Shown here: in pieces, positions 40,875 to 50,102 of the stretch
How the letters are laid out: every line of letters begins with the position of its first letter
Numbering within the stretch: the first letter of the stretch is position 1
Assembly: GCA_963664875.1 (NCBI GenBank)
Contig: OY761611.1
Coordinates: 2,048,001-2,112,000 of the forward strand
Reading direction: 5' to 3'
Source: Candidatus Kapaibacterium sp.
GTDB taxonomy: Bacteria; Bacteroidota; Ignavibacteria; Kapaibacteriales; UBA2268
Length of the DNA: 64,000 nt
The notes under the pieces: model-generated
The model's database searches: none
What the model saw: only the letters and a program-made list of their open reading frames with translations
What the model was told of the DNA's origin: nothing
Program-made: the position numbers and the translations under genes

Positions 40875-41120
40875 GCCATTACACTTCGACTCGCTTTGCT
40901 CGCTCAGTGACCTTTGAAACGAGCTAATGAGCTGCCATCCTGATAATAGTTATCCGGCACTAACATACCAAAGGGACGCGTCCCAAGGGATAGTAGTCAC
41001 TTTTTGAAAGAACTTTTAAGCGTGGCAGACTATAGTTTTCTCTATATTTATAATCTGCAAAAGTTAGTCGCACATTGCCAAGGTGGTCAGTTATTTCGTA
41101 TTGTTTGTGACCAATTTGGC
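40840..41120 (-). repeat. Rhs-core repeat carrying both the 14-nt and 35-nt insertions
   Basis: CACTTCGACTCGC...CAGTGACC near 40882-40912 and GGGACGCGTCCC near 40973-40984. Confidence 0.9.
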
Positions 41121-41144
41121 TAAAAACATCTCAAAACCTGCTCC

Positions 41145-41328
41145 ATTCCCCTCTTGAGGGGTGCGTGAGCGAAGCGAGGGCGGGGTGGATAAAACCTAAT
41201 ATAAATCACTTCCCCCGAAAAAAATATCGCTAAATTTATCTATATAAATTACATTTTCCTATATTGAAACAGTTGTGCTTCGAGAGATTCCACCCCGGCA
41301 CTGCGTGCCACCCCTCAACGAGGGGAAT
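41145..41328 (-). mobile_element. 184-bp MITE/REPIN-like element, intact copy
   Basis: Reverse complement of 8525-8708 with few substitutions; defines the empty ISAs1 target. Confidence 0.87.
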
Positions 41329-41338
41329 TTTTCTTTTC

Positions 41339-41552
41339 TGCCATCCTGATAGTAGTTATCCGGCACTAACATCCCAAAGGGGTAGTAATCATTTCTTGAA
41401 AGAACTTTTATACGTGGCAGACTATAGTTTTCTCTATATTTATAATCTGCAAAAGTTAGTCGTACATTGCCAAGGTGGTCAGTTAGCTCGTATTGTTTGT
41501 GACCGATTTGGCGTAATGCGTGCCGCCTTGTGCCTTTTGCTTTGGCTACTTG
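41339..41552 (-). repeat. Tip-less Rhs-core repeat
   Basis: QVAKAKGTRRHALRQIGHKQYEL...YYQDG then the 184-bp element. Confidence 0.9.
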
Positions 41553-41618
41553 GGAAAATAAATTTTTGAAGAACCATGTGTTTATTTGCAAATAATATTA
41601 CTTTTAAATGGATTTTAT

Positions 41619-42410
41619 TTATCTTTTCTTTTTTGCTTCTAATCTCTCGTCCATGATTTGATTGCAATCATGCCCCCATGATTGGAGGGAATCTAATATT
41701 TCCATTTTTGTATACCAATTTGAGGATCCCTTGGGATATTTTTCATTTATCAAATATTTACAAATATCAATCTCATTCCCTTCCATATCTACTGCCCATA
41801 TAATGTCATAATTAGTTTTCGTATTAAAAAGTAAGAATTTTACTACATCTAGTTTACTTCTAAGTAATGCCCACCTTAATGCAGTCCATTTACTCTCACC
41901 AGAAAATTGTTTATTCACCTTCATGTAGTCAACTTTTGCTCCATTGTTTACTAAATATTTTGTTTTTGTCAATGAAACTACAACAGCTCCAAACAAAGGT
42001 GTTGTACATTGAGGATGATTAGAGACAATATTAATTGCAGCCCCATTATCCACTAATACTTTCAATATATCAAAACTACAACTAGGATATGTTGAATAAA
42101 ATAAAGGAGTCATCTTCTTATGATCAAAGACATTAGGATTTGCACCATTGTTTAGTAATGATACACATGAGCTTAAATCATTTCTAAAAGTAGACCAATG
42201 TAATAGTGTAAATCCAAAATTTGGCTCTTGAATATTTAAAAGTTGCCTATATTTATAAACATTGGAAGTATCTCCAGCCTCTAAATCTTTAGCGATACTA
42301 TATACTTCAGTATCTGCAAATATTTCAATATCCCATCCTCTTAATTCTTTGTTGTCAGAGCAACCAATTATTACAATGTATAAAATTACCCAAATATACA
42401 TAGTTTTCAT
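41619..42410 (-). CDS. Ankyrin-repeat lipoprotein, putative immunity protein, cassette 2
   Basis: Lipobox IIGC; TLLHW..LLNNGANPN, TPLF..LVDNGAAIN repeats; TAATG coupling with the toxin. Confidence 0.85.
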   Translation of the reverse strand: MKTMYIWVILYIVIIGCSDNKELRGWDIEIFADTEVYSIAKDLEAGDTSNVYKYRQLLNIQEPNFGFTLLHWSTFRNDLSSCVSLLNNGANPNVFDHKKMTPLFYSTYPSCSFDILKVLVDNGAAINIVSNHPQCTTPLFGAVVVSLTKTKYLVNNGAKVDYMKVNKQFSGESKWTALRWALLRSKLDVVKFLLFNTKTNYDIIWAVDMEGNEIDICKYLINEKYPKGSSNWYTKMEILDSLQSWGHDCNQIMDERLEAKKKR

Positions 42411-43387
42411 TACTTAATTCCCTCTTCATCCATTATCTCTATAACTTTCTCCATTCTATGCTTTAATCCACTCTCGATACCTAAAAATAATAAACCTACT
42501 CGTTTTAAGAATAAAGCTCCCCAAGAAGTAGATGCTTCAAGGTATATTTTGTCCCCTTCTGCACTTTGATTAATTAAACTTTGTGCCACATCAACAAATT
42601 CACCTTCAACAATATAAGCTTTGATATTTGGTTTGGTGATTGCTGATACATTCTCTTTATAAACTTTAGCTAGTGAAGCTGCATTAAAAGTCACAGCATC
42701 AAATCCAGTTGAGTAACTATTTGCTGAAGCTAAAGCACCTCCCAATGAATGACCAACAAATGTTAAATCGACTGATTCTCCCATTTTAGTTTTCATTATT
42801 TGTGAGTTTTTTATTGAACGAACAAATTGATCATCTTTTTTTCCTAATACATTTTTTGCATCTGTTTTGCAATCTTCCCAATCATCAGTTCCTGCTGTAA
42901 CATATGCATATTCGTATACTCTTTTGCCATCTTTTTCTCCAATTTGGCGCCTATAAATAGCAGAATTAAAACCAGTCTTACTATCAGTTAATACTATGTT
43001 TTTATCAATATCATCATAATCATTATAAAGTCGCCAACCATTCAAATCATCTCTTGCTTCTCTTTTACCTTTTTCATCGTGAATATAGTACCCATTTTCA
43101 GTATTATATACATCCGCTGCCATCGCAGCTGCTTCTCGATCAGTGGGCTTATCTCCTAACGGATCTATTATTTTAATTGGATTCAGCAAAAATGTAGAAT
43201 ACCTACTTTGCCCATACATATCCACAGGATCCTGATTCCACCTTCTGGCAGTTCTGTTGTCATACATCCAAAACATTGCATGATAGCTATTCCCAACACC
43301 GGCAATCTCATCTTCCCTTTCCATACCATTGAATCCGAAACGAGCTAATGCGCTGCCATCCTGATAGTAGTTATCCGGCACTAACAT
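42410..43387 (-). CDS. Orphan Rhs C-terminal toxin, cassette 2, alpha/beta-hydrolase lipase tip
   Basis: DPLGD; AGTD oxyanion motif, GHSLGG nucleophile elbow, TFNA, C-terminal His. Confidence 0.87.
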   Translation of the reverse strand: MLVPDNYYQDGSALARFGFNGMEREDEIAGVGNSYHAMFWMYDNRTARRWNQDPVDMYGQSRYSTFLLNPIKIIDPLGDKPTDREAAAMAADVYNTENGYYIHDEKGKREARDDLNGWRLYNDYDDIDKNIVLTDSKTGFNSAIYRRQIGEKDGKRVYEYAYVTAGTDDWEDCKTDAKNVLGKKDDQFVRSIKNSQIMKTKMGESVDLTFVGHSLGGALASANSYSTGFDAVTFNAASLAKVYKENVSAITKPNIKAYIVEGEFVDVAQSLINQSAEGDKIYLEASTSWGALFLKRVGLLFLGIESGLKHRMEKVIEIMDEEGIK

Positions 43388-43542
43388 ACCAAAGGGACGC
43401 GTCCCAAGGGATAATAATCATTTCTTGAAAGAACTTTTAGACTCGGCAGACTATAGTTTTCTCTATATTTATAATCTGCAAAAGTTAGTCGCACATTGCC
43501 AAGGTGGTCAGTTAGTTTGTATTGTTTGTGACCGATTTGGCG
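43290..43542 (-). repeat. Rhs-core repeat with 14-nt insertion
   Basis: GGGACGCGTCCC near 43394-43405. Confidence 0.9.
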
Positions 43543-43596
43543 ACACGAATCATGAATCTCCTCCTCAGAACGTCAACAAAGAAACGTAAATACAAT

Positions 43597-44025
43597 TCAA
43601 ATATCTACATCTTTGTTAACAACATGTTTATGAACAGAGTACAAATCAAATACCAATACTGCCGTATTTATTGTAAATAAAGGTAGATACAATGCAAGCA
43701 ATAGCTTATAGTTATTTGAAACAATGTCAATTCCTAGACATACTTTCCATATAAGTATACTCATGGTTATATATAAGATCACCAATACAGTGCTCTTGCG
43801 TAGAGAAAAACTTTGCTGTTTCCTCAACAAATATCCATATGTTAACATATAAATACTGATAGGCAAAAACAATACGTTGCCTCTACTCTGATTGAAGATT
43901 ATTCCACAGATGAAGCCAGTCAATATTCCCAAAAAAGTTCCTAATACTGGTATAAATATAATATTTAATATAAATTGTTTAAAGATCTTTCTCTTTAGTT
44001 TCTTCATTAGTATTTTTTTCATCAT
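43597..44025 (-). CDS. Putative immunity membrane protein, cassette 1
   Basis: About four TM helices; overlaps the 3' end of the rhs gene. Confidence 0.7.
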   Translation of the reverse strand: MMKKILMKKLKRKIFKQFILNIIFIPVLGTFLGILTGFICGIIFNQSRGNVLFLPISIYMLTYGYLLRKQQSFSLRKSTVLVILYITMSILIWKVCLGIDIVSNNYKLLLALYLPLFTINTAVLVFDLYSVHKHVVNKDVDI

Positions 44026-45631
44026 TCTGGCCTTCAGTATTTTCTTTTATAATAGATACAGTATGTTTTTCAGCTACTGTTTTAGCTGCTTCAAATAATG
44101 TATTTTCAGTTCCTTCAATAACTTTGGAACCTTGAACTGAGTCATCACTATCCTTATTCATATTGTAATGTGAGTTTGGATCAGACTTCCAAGGGCCATC
44201 ACCAAACTTAAAATCAAACCATGTTTCATTGTTGTCATTGTCCCAAAAACCTGTTCTTAATCCATTTCTCTCCATAAAATTTTGTGCATCTTCATCAAGT
44301 TCAGTATAAATTGGTATCGTTTCAATATCAAATTCTTCCATTTTACCGCCTCTTGATTTGTAGAATTGAATATAAAGTTCAATGTAATTGGAATGCGCAT
44401 AGAAGTCTTGCACATTATGAAAATAGTGCCCTAATATGGTAGGTGAAATAAGATTAGAATTAATGGTCTTAAAAGCACTTTTGATTCTTGTATTTATTTC
44501 ATTAAATCGTTTGTCAATTTGATTCTTATTCTGCATGTTATCAAAATGATATTCTGACATTGAACCATAAATATCGATATTCATACTTCCTGATATTATG
44601 TCATAAATCTTAATACCTGAAATACCTAACGAATTAGTCGCTGCACCTGTAATTTTGCCGTGGATTGGAATTTTAAAATCTCCATTAGGATCAATATTAA
44701 TAATAGGATTACACATAAAGACAGAATATCTACTTTGATTATAGCTTTCCACCGGATCCTGATTACACCTTCTACCTATTCTCGAATCATACATCCAAAA
44801 CATCGCATGATAGCTATTCCCAACACCTGCTATTTCATCATCACGTTCCATACCATTGAATCCGAAACGAGCCAATGTGCTGCCATCCTGATAGTAGTTA
44901 TTCGGCACTAACATCCCAAAGGGATAATAATCATTTTTTGAAAGAACTTTTAGACGTGGCAGACTATAGCTATCTCTATATTTATAATCTGCAAAAGTTA
45001 AACGCACATTGCCAAGGTGGTCAGTTAGCTCGTATTGTTTGTGACCGATTTGGCGAATTGAGTGATAAACTTTTGAGTCAGGATCTCCCAGTCCGCTGAT
45101 TTCGCTCCCTTCGTCAGGGAAGGTATTAGGTCTTACCGCAGGGAATTCGCCCAAGTTGTAAGGCTCAACCACTGCCACACGCCCGTCGCCACCCGAACCA
45201 TAGAGATACCAAGCGTCATGTGTAAATTTAATAAAATCAGTTGTGTTGTTATAATCCGTAAAGCTTGCAAGCATCAAATTATTAGCATCATAGAAGTAAA
45301 GCTTAGCATACAAACCAAAATGCTTCATAGCCTTCAGCCAAGTCGGATTATTAATAGGGTCAGGATATTCATCTGCCAATTTGTTATAAAGCGATTGGGA
45401 TTTGACACTATTAAAAATTCGATTGCCGGCAGCATCATAAAAGTTGATAATTGTGAGATTATAAGTCCCAAAAAGATCCGGATTATTATCAAAAGTATTA
45501 TTATCATCAACAGTAAAAGATACAAAAACTGTATCAATTTTCCCATTAACATTCCAGCTAATATTTTTGTCGGAATTTACAGAAGTTAGATTGCCTTCGT
45601 GGTCGTAGGAGTGCAGAACTTGATAAACCGA
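43979..45631 (-). pseudogene. 5'-truncated Rhs/YD-repeat protein with Het-C/Zn-phospholipase-C-like tip (cassette 1)
   Basis: Frame stays open upstream of TTG 45379 to about 45634 (YDHEGNL, YDAAGNR repeats) with no start codon; DPNGD; tip HFDN...HNVQDFYAHSNY. Confidence 0.85.
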
Positions 45632-46569
45632 GATTTGTCATTAGAAAAAAGCAAACTCAATCTATCGTCTTATTTTATATTGAGTTATGACATTAAAAAG
45701 GTTGTCAAATGAGTAAGATTGGCTTACCATTTTTAGGTAAGTTTATAATCATAAAGCGTCAACTACACTTCGGCAAGCTCAGTGCATCGCCCTGCCCTTC
45801 GGGCACCCCTTTACTTCACTTCGGCGCTGCTCAGTGTAAACTTAAGCTCAGCACGACGCTTCCCAAGAAGGGGAGTCAAAATTCCCCTCTTTGCAAACAG
45901 GGGTGGCACGTCGAAGACGTGACGGGGTGTTCAAATGTAGCAGACACTTATGTATAGAATCTACTATTGTTTTATTTTCTTAAGACATTTTCCATCTAAC
46001 TAATTGTAAGAAAGTAGTTGTTAGGATGAAAGACAACTATATGAATACATATTTGTTATTTTAAACCGTATTGAGTTTATTAGTTAACATTGTAGTCGAA
46101 TAATGTAGGTTGATATGAATATATTTTCAGCCTGAAAGGCTGATAGATAATAGCCCATGGCAGCGCCATGGGACGGTTGCAACTATTGAGTAAACAGAGC
46201 CCTGTAAGGGCGGCAAGACTTTTCTTTACAGGTGATATAAATAAGAGATTGGTGTTACTTTTTCCATTTCTTTTTCTTTTTTTTGCGATAAAAAAGAAAA
46301 AGAAACGGAAACCAAAGAAAAAGAAAAAAGAACGCTTTGTCTCCTCTCCTCCTATAGTGTTTAAGCCTAAGATGCACATCTCATTAAGGAATTACTGAAA
46401 ACAAATTTCTTTATTATGGAGTGCTGATGCAATATATATAGGCAATACACGGACTGTTTACTATGATATTATATATTTTATTTCGACTAAATGATATTTA
46501 TTAAGAAACAAATAGGCAAACAGTTAGCTCCTTTTTGCCACAAACGCAAGTTTGTATTAGGGAGTTGGG
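45632..46569 (-). mobile_element. ~940-bp composite palindromic element, copy 2 (inverted)
   Basis: Reverse complement of 20496-21435 with scattered substitutions and small indels; abuts the truncated rhs. Confidence 0.85.
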
Positions 46570-46584
46570 CTAAAGACAGGCCAT

Positions 46585-46614
46585 AAAAAAAGCCATTTCA
46601 TCTGAGAAATGGCT
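46585..46614 (-). terminator. Intrinsic terminator of ppa
   Basis: AGCCATTTC..GAAATGGCT with A7 on its left side. Confidence 0.8.
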
Positions 46615-46647
46615 CATAGTATAAATATCGAAAGAAGTTTGTAATTG

Positions 46648-47403
46648 CTAAATCAGACCACGCTTTTGGAGCTGTTTGAAATTACGTAGAGTCTGCCCGG
46701 CGTCAATCGCTTCCAGCGCAGCTACAGAAAGTTTGTTTTCTACATTGCCGAAAGTCGTTTTGTAATCTTTACGACTATATCTGATAATCGCTTTAGCTTC
46801 ATCGGCACCATAAACCTGTGTAATTTCGCATTTGCTTTTTTGCCCCGGCATATCTTTGTATGTCAGAAAATAGTGTTTCAATCTTGAAACAATAGAATCA
46901 GGACAGTCGCTGATGTCGTTCCATTTCGAGTATATCTCATCCTGTTTCATAACAGCTATTATTTTGTCGTCCGCTTCGCCACCGTCAATCATCCTAAATC
47001 CGCCGATAGGTTTCGCCTGCACCAATATATCACCGTGAGTGATATTTCTTTCTGTGAGCACACAAATATCAAGCGGGTCGCCATCTCCCACGATATCCTC
47101 TCTACCTGTTTTTTTATTGCAGTATTCAGCTACTTTTTCACCACAAAAGGTTTGAGGGATAAACCCGTAAAGGGCAGGTACGATGTTGGAATACTTCTGA
47201 GGTCTATCCACCTTGAGGTATCCGGTTTTTTTATCAACTTCGTATTTGACAGTATCCGAAGGCACCACTTCTATAAAAGTAGTAACAACTTCAGGTGCAT
47301 CGTCACCGATTTCCACACCATGCCAAGGGTGCGATTTATAGCGTAGTCCGGCAAGTTGCCAAAACTGTTTTAGAGTATCCATATCAAAATCGTAATGTGT
47401 CAT
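46648..47403 (-). CDS. ppa: Inorganic pyrophosphatase, family I
   Basis: HPWH, KYEVDK, DR, YGFIPQT, DGDPLD, MIDGGEADDK, YK. Confidence 0.95.
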   Translation of the reverse strand: MTHYDFDMDTLKQFWQLAGLRYKSHPWHGVEIGDDAPEVVTTFIEVVPSDTVKYEVDKKTGYLKVDRPQKYSNIVPALYGFIPQTFCGEKVAEYCNKKTGREDIVGDGDPLDICVLTERNITHGDILVQAKPIGGFRMIDGGEADDKIIAVMKQDEIYSKWNDISDCPDSIVSRLKHYFLTYKDMPGQKSKCEITQVYGADEAKAIIRYSRKDYKTTFGNVENKLSVAALEAIDAGQTLRNFKQLQKRGLI

Positions 47404-47504
47404 AATGGTTTTACATCTTAAACGATTAGTACTTTATAAACTTGTATATATTCATATTTTTATTGAAATAAAAAGAGCAGAAAACATCCGACGATATCCC
47501 CTCT

Positions 47505-48758
47505 TTATCTGGCTATATTGTTTTTTTCAGAGATAAATGCTTCGAGTGCTTCAGGGAAAGGTTGCAGCACTCTCTCTATAACTCCGTGCATCAAAGAAAT
47601 AATCACACCGTAGTTAGTGATTGGCACTCCGTGTTCCTGAGCTTTAGAAATTCTATTTAGTTTTTCGTTTCTTGTAAGCATACACCCGCCGCAATGGATT
47701 ATAGCTCTATAATCTTTTATATTGTCGGGGTAATCTCGTCCTGCACTAATATCGAGCTGAACATCTCTACCCATAAATTCATTTAACCAGCGAGGAATTT
47801 TGACTCTTCCTATATCGTCCTGATTGGGGTGATGCGAGCAGGCTTCAGCAAGCAAAACTTTATCTTCAGGCTGCAAAGATGCGATAGCACCCACTCCGCG
47901 AGCCTCAGCAACCAAATCCCCTTTGAATCTTGAAAAGAGAATAGAAAAAGTAGTGCAAGGCACATCTTCTGGTGTGTCCCGAACCATAAGGTCAACCACC
48001 TGCGAATCGCAAACAACCAGATCAGGCTTACGCCCGAGTGCTGCAAGACTATCTTTGTAGTCAGTTTCCTTGACGACCACACAAAAAGAATCGTTATCTA
48101 AAATGTCTCTTATCGTTTGCACTTGCGGCAAAATAATTCTACCTTTAGGAGCTTCAGAGTCAATTGGGATAATTAGCACAACGAGCGAACCCTTGCGGAT
48201 AATATCTCCCAGCAAAGGTGGTTCGTGCAAAGCACTTTTTGGGGCAATCTGCAGGACATGTTGTTTGAATTGCTCAATATATCTGTCTCTGTTGAGCAAA
48301 TCAGTAGCCGAGCAGATAATAATATGTTTAGAGTAAGATTCTAATTCGAGTAAAAACGCATCAGAAGGCATTATCAAATCAGATTTTGTTACAGCAATAA
48401 CAAAAGGAATATTTTTTTTGTTTAAAGAATTACATATTTCAGTTTCAAAATCAGTCCATTTGTCAGCTTCAACGATTAGAACCGCAATGTCAGCTCTATC
48501 GAATATTTTTTTTGCTCTTTCGATTCTGTGCGACCCCAACTCAGAATCATCGTCCATTCCGGCAGTATCAAGGAAAACAACAGGGCCGACAGGGAGAAGC
48601 TCCATAGATTTTTCGACCACATCAGTAGTAGTGCCCGGAATAGGCGAGGTAAGAGCTACATCTTGATTTGCAATCATATTCAGAAAGCTGGATTTGCCGA
48701 CATTAGTCCTACCGAAAAGTCCGATTTGCAATCTAAGCGATTTGGGAGTATTTATCAT
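47505..48758 (-). CDS. hydF: [FeFe]-hydrogenase H-cluster maturation GTPase
   Basis: GRTNVGKSS, GTTTD, DTAG, APKGRIILPQVQ, EACSHH, HCGGCM, TNYG. Confidence 0.95.
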   Translation of the reverse strand: MINTPKSLRLQIGLFGRTNVGKSSFLNMIANQDVALTSPIPGTTTDVVEKSMELLPVGPVVFLDTAGMDDDSELGSHRIERAKKIFDRADIAVLIVEADKWTDFETEICNSLNKKNIPFVIAVTKSDLIMPSDAFLLELESYSKHIIICSATDLLNRDRYIEQFKQHVLQIAPKSALHEPPLLGDIIRKGSLVVLIIPIDSEAPKGRIILPQVQTIRDILDNDSFCVVVKETDYKDSLAALGRKPDLVVCDSQVVDLMVRDTPEDVPCTTFSILFSRFKGDLVAEARGVGAIASLQPEDKVLLAEACSHHPNQDDIGRVKIPRWLNEFMGRDVQLDISAGRDYPDNIKDYRAIIHCGGCMLTRNEKLNRISKAQEHGVPITNYGVIISLMHGVIERVLQPFPEALEAFISEKNNIAR

Positions 48759-48990
48759 AAGCGATAATCCTTAATAAAATCAAAACAATAGAGCAAAAGC
48801 AAAGCTGCACACCCAAAAGGGAGAAATGAAAATGCAACACCTTTGATTAACGAATATACAATAAAAATATTCGTTAAACCATAAACAAAACCGATATTTT
48901 GATACTGAAATAATAGGATATCTTCGAAGGAAGCAAAAAAGATTTGGATAAAAAGAAAAATCCACTTAAATTTGTATTCCTTTTTGAGGA

Positions 48991-49063
<73 letters not shown>

Positions 49064-49120
49064 CTGGAAGAAACTTATAAATCCTTATAGCTGATAAAGT
49101 TATAAGGATTTTTTGTTTGT

Positions 49121-49142
49121 AGTTGGGGCACAAGTTGGGGCA
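49121..49142 (+). repeat. Tandem 10-bp direct repeats, putative integrase arm-type sites
   Basis: AGTTGGGGCA at 49121 and 49133, after a hairpin at 49078-49112. Confidence 0.55.
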
Positions 49143-49207
49143 ATCCGTGCAAAAAATGATAATTTCTGTTGATCTACAATCTGTTTTTTTGGGGAGGAAT
49201 TAATCCC

Positions 49208-49477
49208 CTAAAGTATCGATTTAATATAATCAATATTTTGATTTATCCTATCTAATTTTATAAGTAACTCTGAACGGGCTACTCTGAGTTCAGAGAGTTT
49301 TGCTTTTATTAAACCTCTCCTGCTTGCTTCAGTAATAGACTCAATGTATTTTTCTTCTTCGGCAGTATAAGATTTTCTACAAGTCATGCATTTATACCTC
49401 TCTTCCTGCCTTTTATTATATTCATGGAATTTTGCTTTATGGAAGCAATAGGGACATATCAATAGTGGATGTTGCAT
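49208..49477 (-). CDS. Small zinc-ribbon / coiled-coil protein
   Basis: CPYC...RYKCMTC followed by a heptad-rich tail. Confidence 0.6.
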   Translation of the reverse strand: MQHPLLICPYCFHKAKFHEYNKRQEERYKCMTCRKSYTAEEEKYIESITEASRRGLIKAKLSELRVARSELLIKLDRINQNIDYIKSIL

Positions 49478-49577
49478 TGTGTATAGTAGGAAATAAGTGA
49501 AAATAACATCCTAAATGACGATATTAGGGTTTTGATATTGGATATATAACCTATAGTTGAACAATATAGGTTATGTT

Positions 49578-49844
49578 ATGACAGAACTTATCGCTTTGAG
49601 CAAAGAAGAATTGGCAGAATTGATTGAGAAAAAAGTGCAAGAAGAAGTAGCTAAACAGCTAAGTATGATTTCAATAAGAGATGATGAAACACTCTTATCT
49701 ATTGCGGATGTATGTGATAAATATAAAATCAGCAGTACAAAGTTTTGGAGAATTCGTAGAGATCATAAGATACCTTTTCAATTGGTCGGTAAGAATCCTC
49801 TTTTCAAAATTCAAGACTTAGAAGAATTCTTCCATATTCCATAA
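49578..49844 (+). CDS. Excisionase-like helix-turn-helix protein
   Basis: LLSIADVCDKYKISSTKFWRIR..IPF..VG..PLF...DLEEF. Confidence 0.8.
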   Translation: MTELIALSKEELAELIEKKVQEEVAKQLSMISIRDDETLLSIADVCDKYKISSTKFWRIRRDHKIPFQLVGKNPLFKIQDLEEFFHIP

Positions 49845-49854
49845 TTCAAATCTT

Positions 49855-49885
49855 GAGCTCCTGCATATGATGCAGGGGCTTTTTT
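49855..49885 (+). terminator. Intrinsic terminator
   Basis: GAGCTCCTGCAT..ATGCAGGGGCT followed by T run. Confidence 0.75.
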
Positions 49886-50102
49886 ATAAATACAAAAAGT
49901 GATTTGCATACTGTAAACAGAAATACTTCTTTTTTCATGTCGATCTAAACAAAACAATAATAATTTCTATGTTTATTTAATAAGTATATTTTATGAATTG
50001 TCCTGAATTATCCATATATTGTTTGTTTGTGTATGATATCCTAATCCATTAGGAATGGGTGTCTTTCTTTGGTAAGTAAGTAGATAATTAGGAATATTGA
50101 GG

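Noticed and set aside
28173-45054. Repeat-spacer appearance suggesting a CRISPR array
   Set aside because: Repeats are roughly 95-280 bp of Rhs coding sequence, the intervening DNA is gene-sized, and there are no cas genes.
33695-45099. Recurrent plus-strand MCCHPDSS ORFs (33695, 35333, 37102, 38774, 41264, 44875)
   Set aside because: Antisense readings of the Rhs repeat with variable starts and ends.
28173-45631. Classical integron or diversity-generating retroelement
   Set aside because: No intI or reverse transcriptase in the window, no attC pattern recognised, and repeat differences are not adenine-specific.
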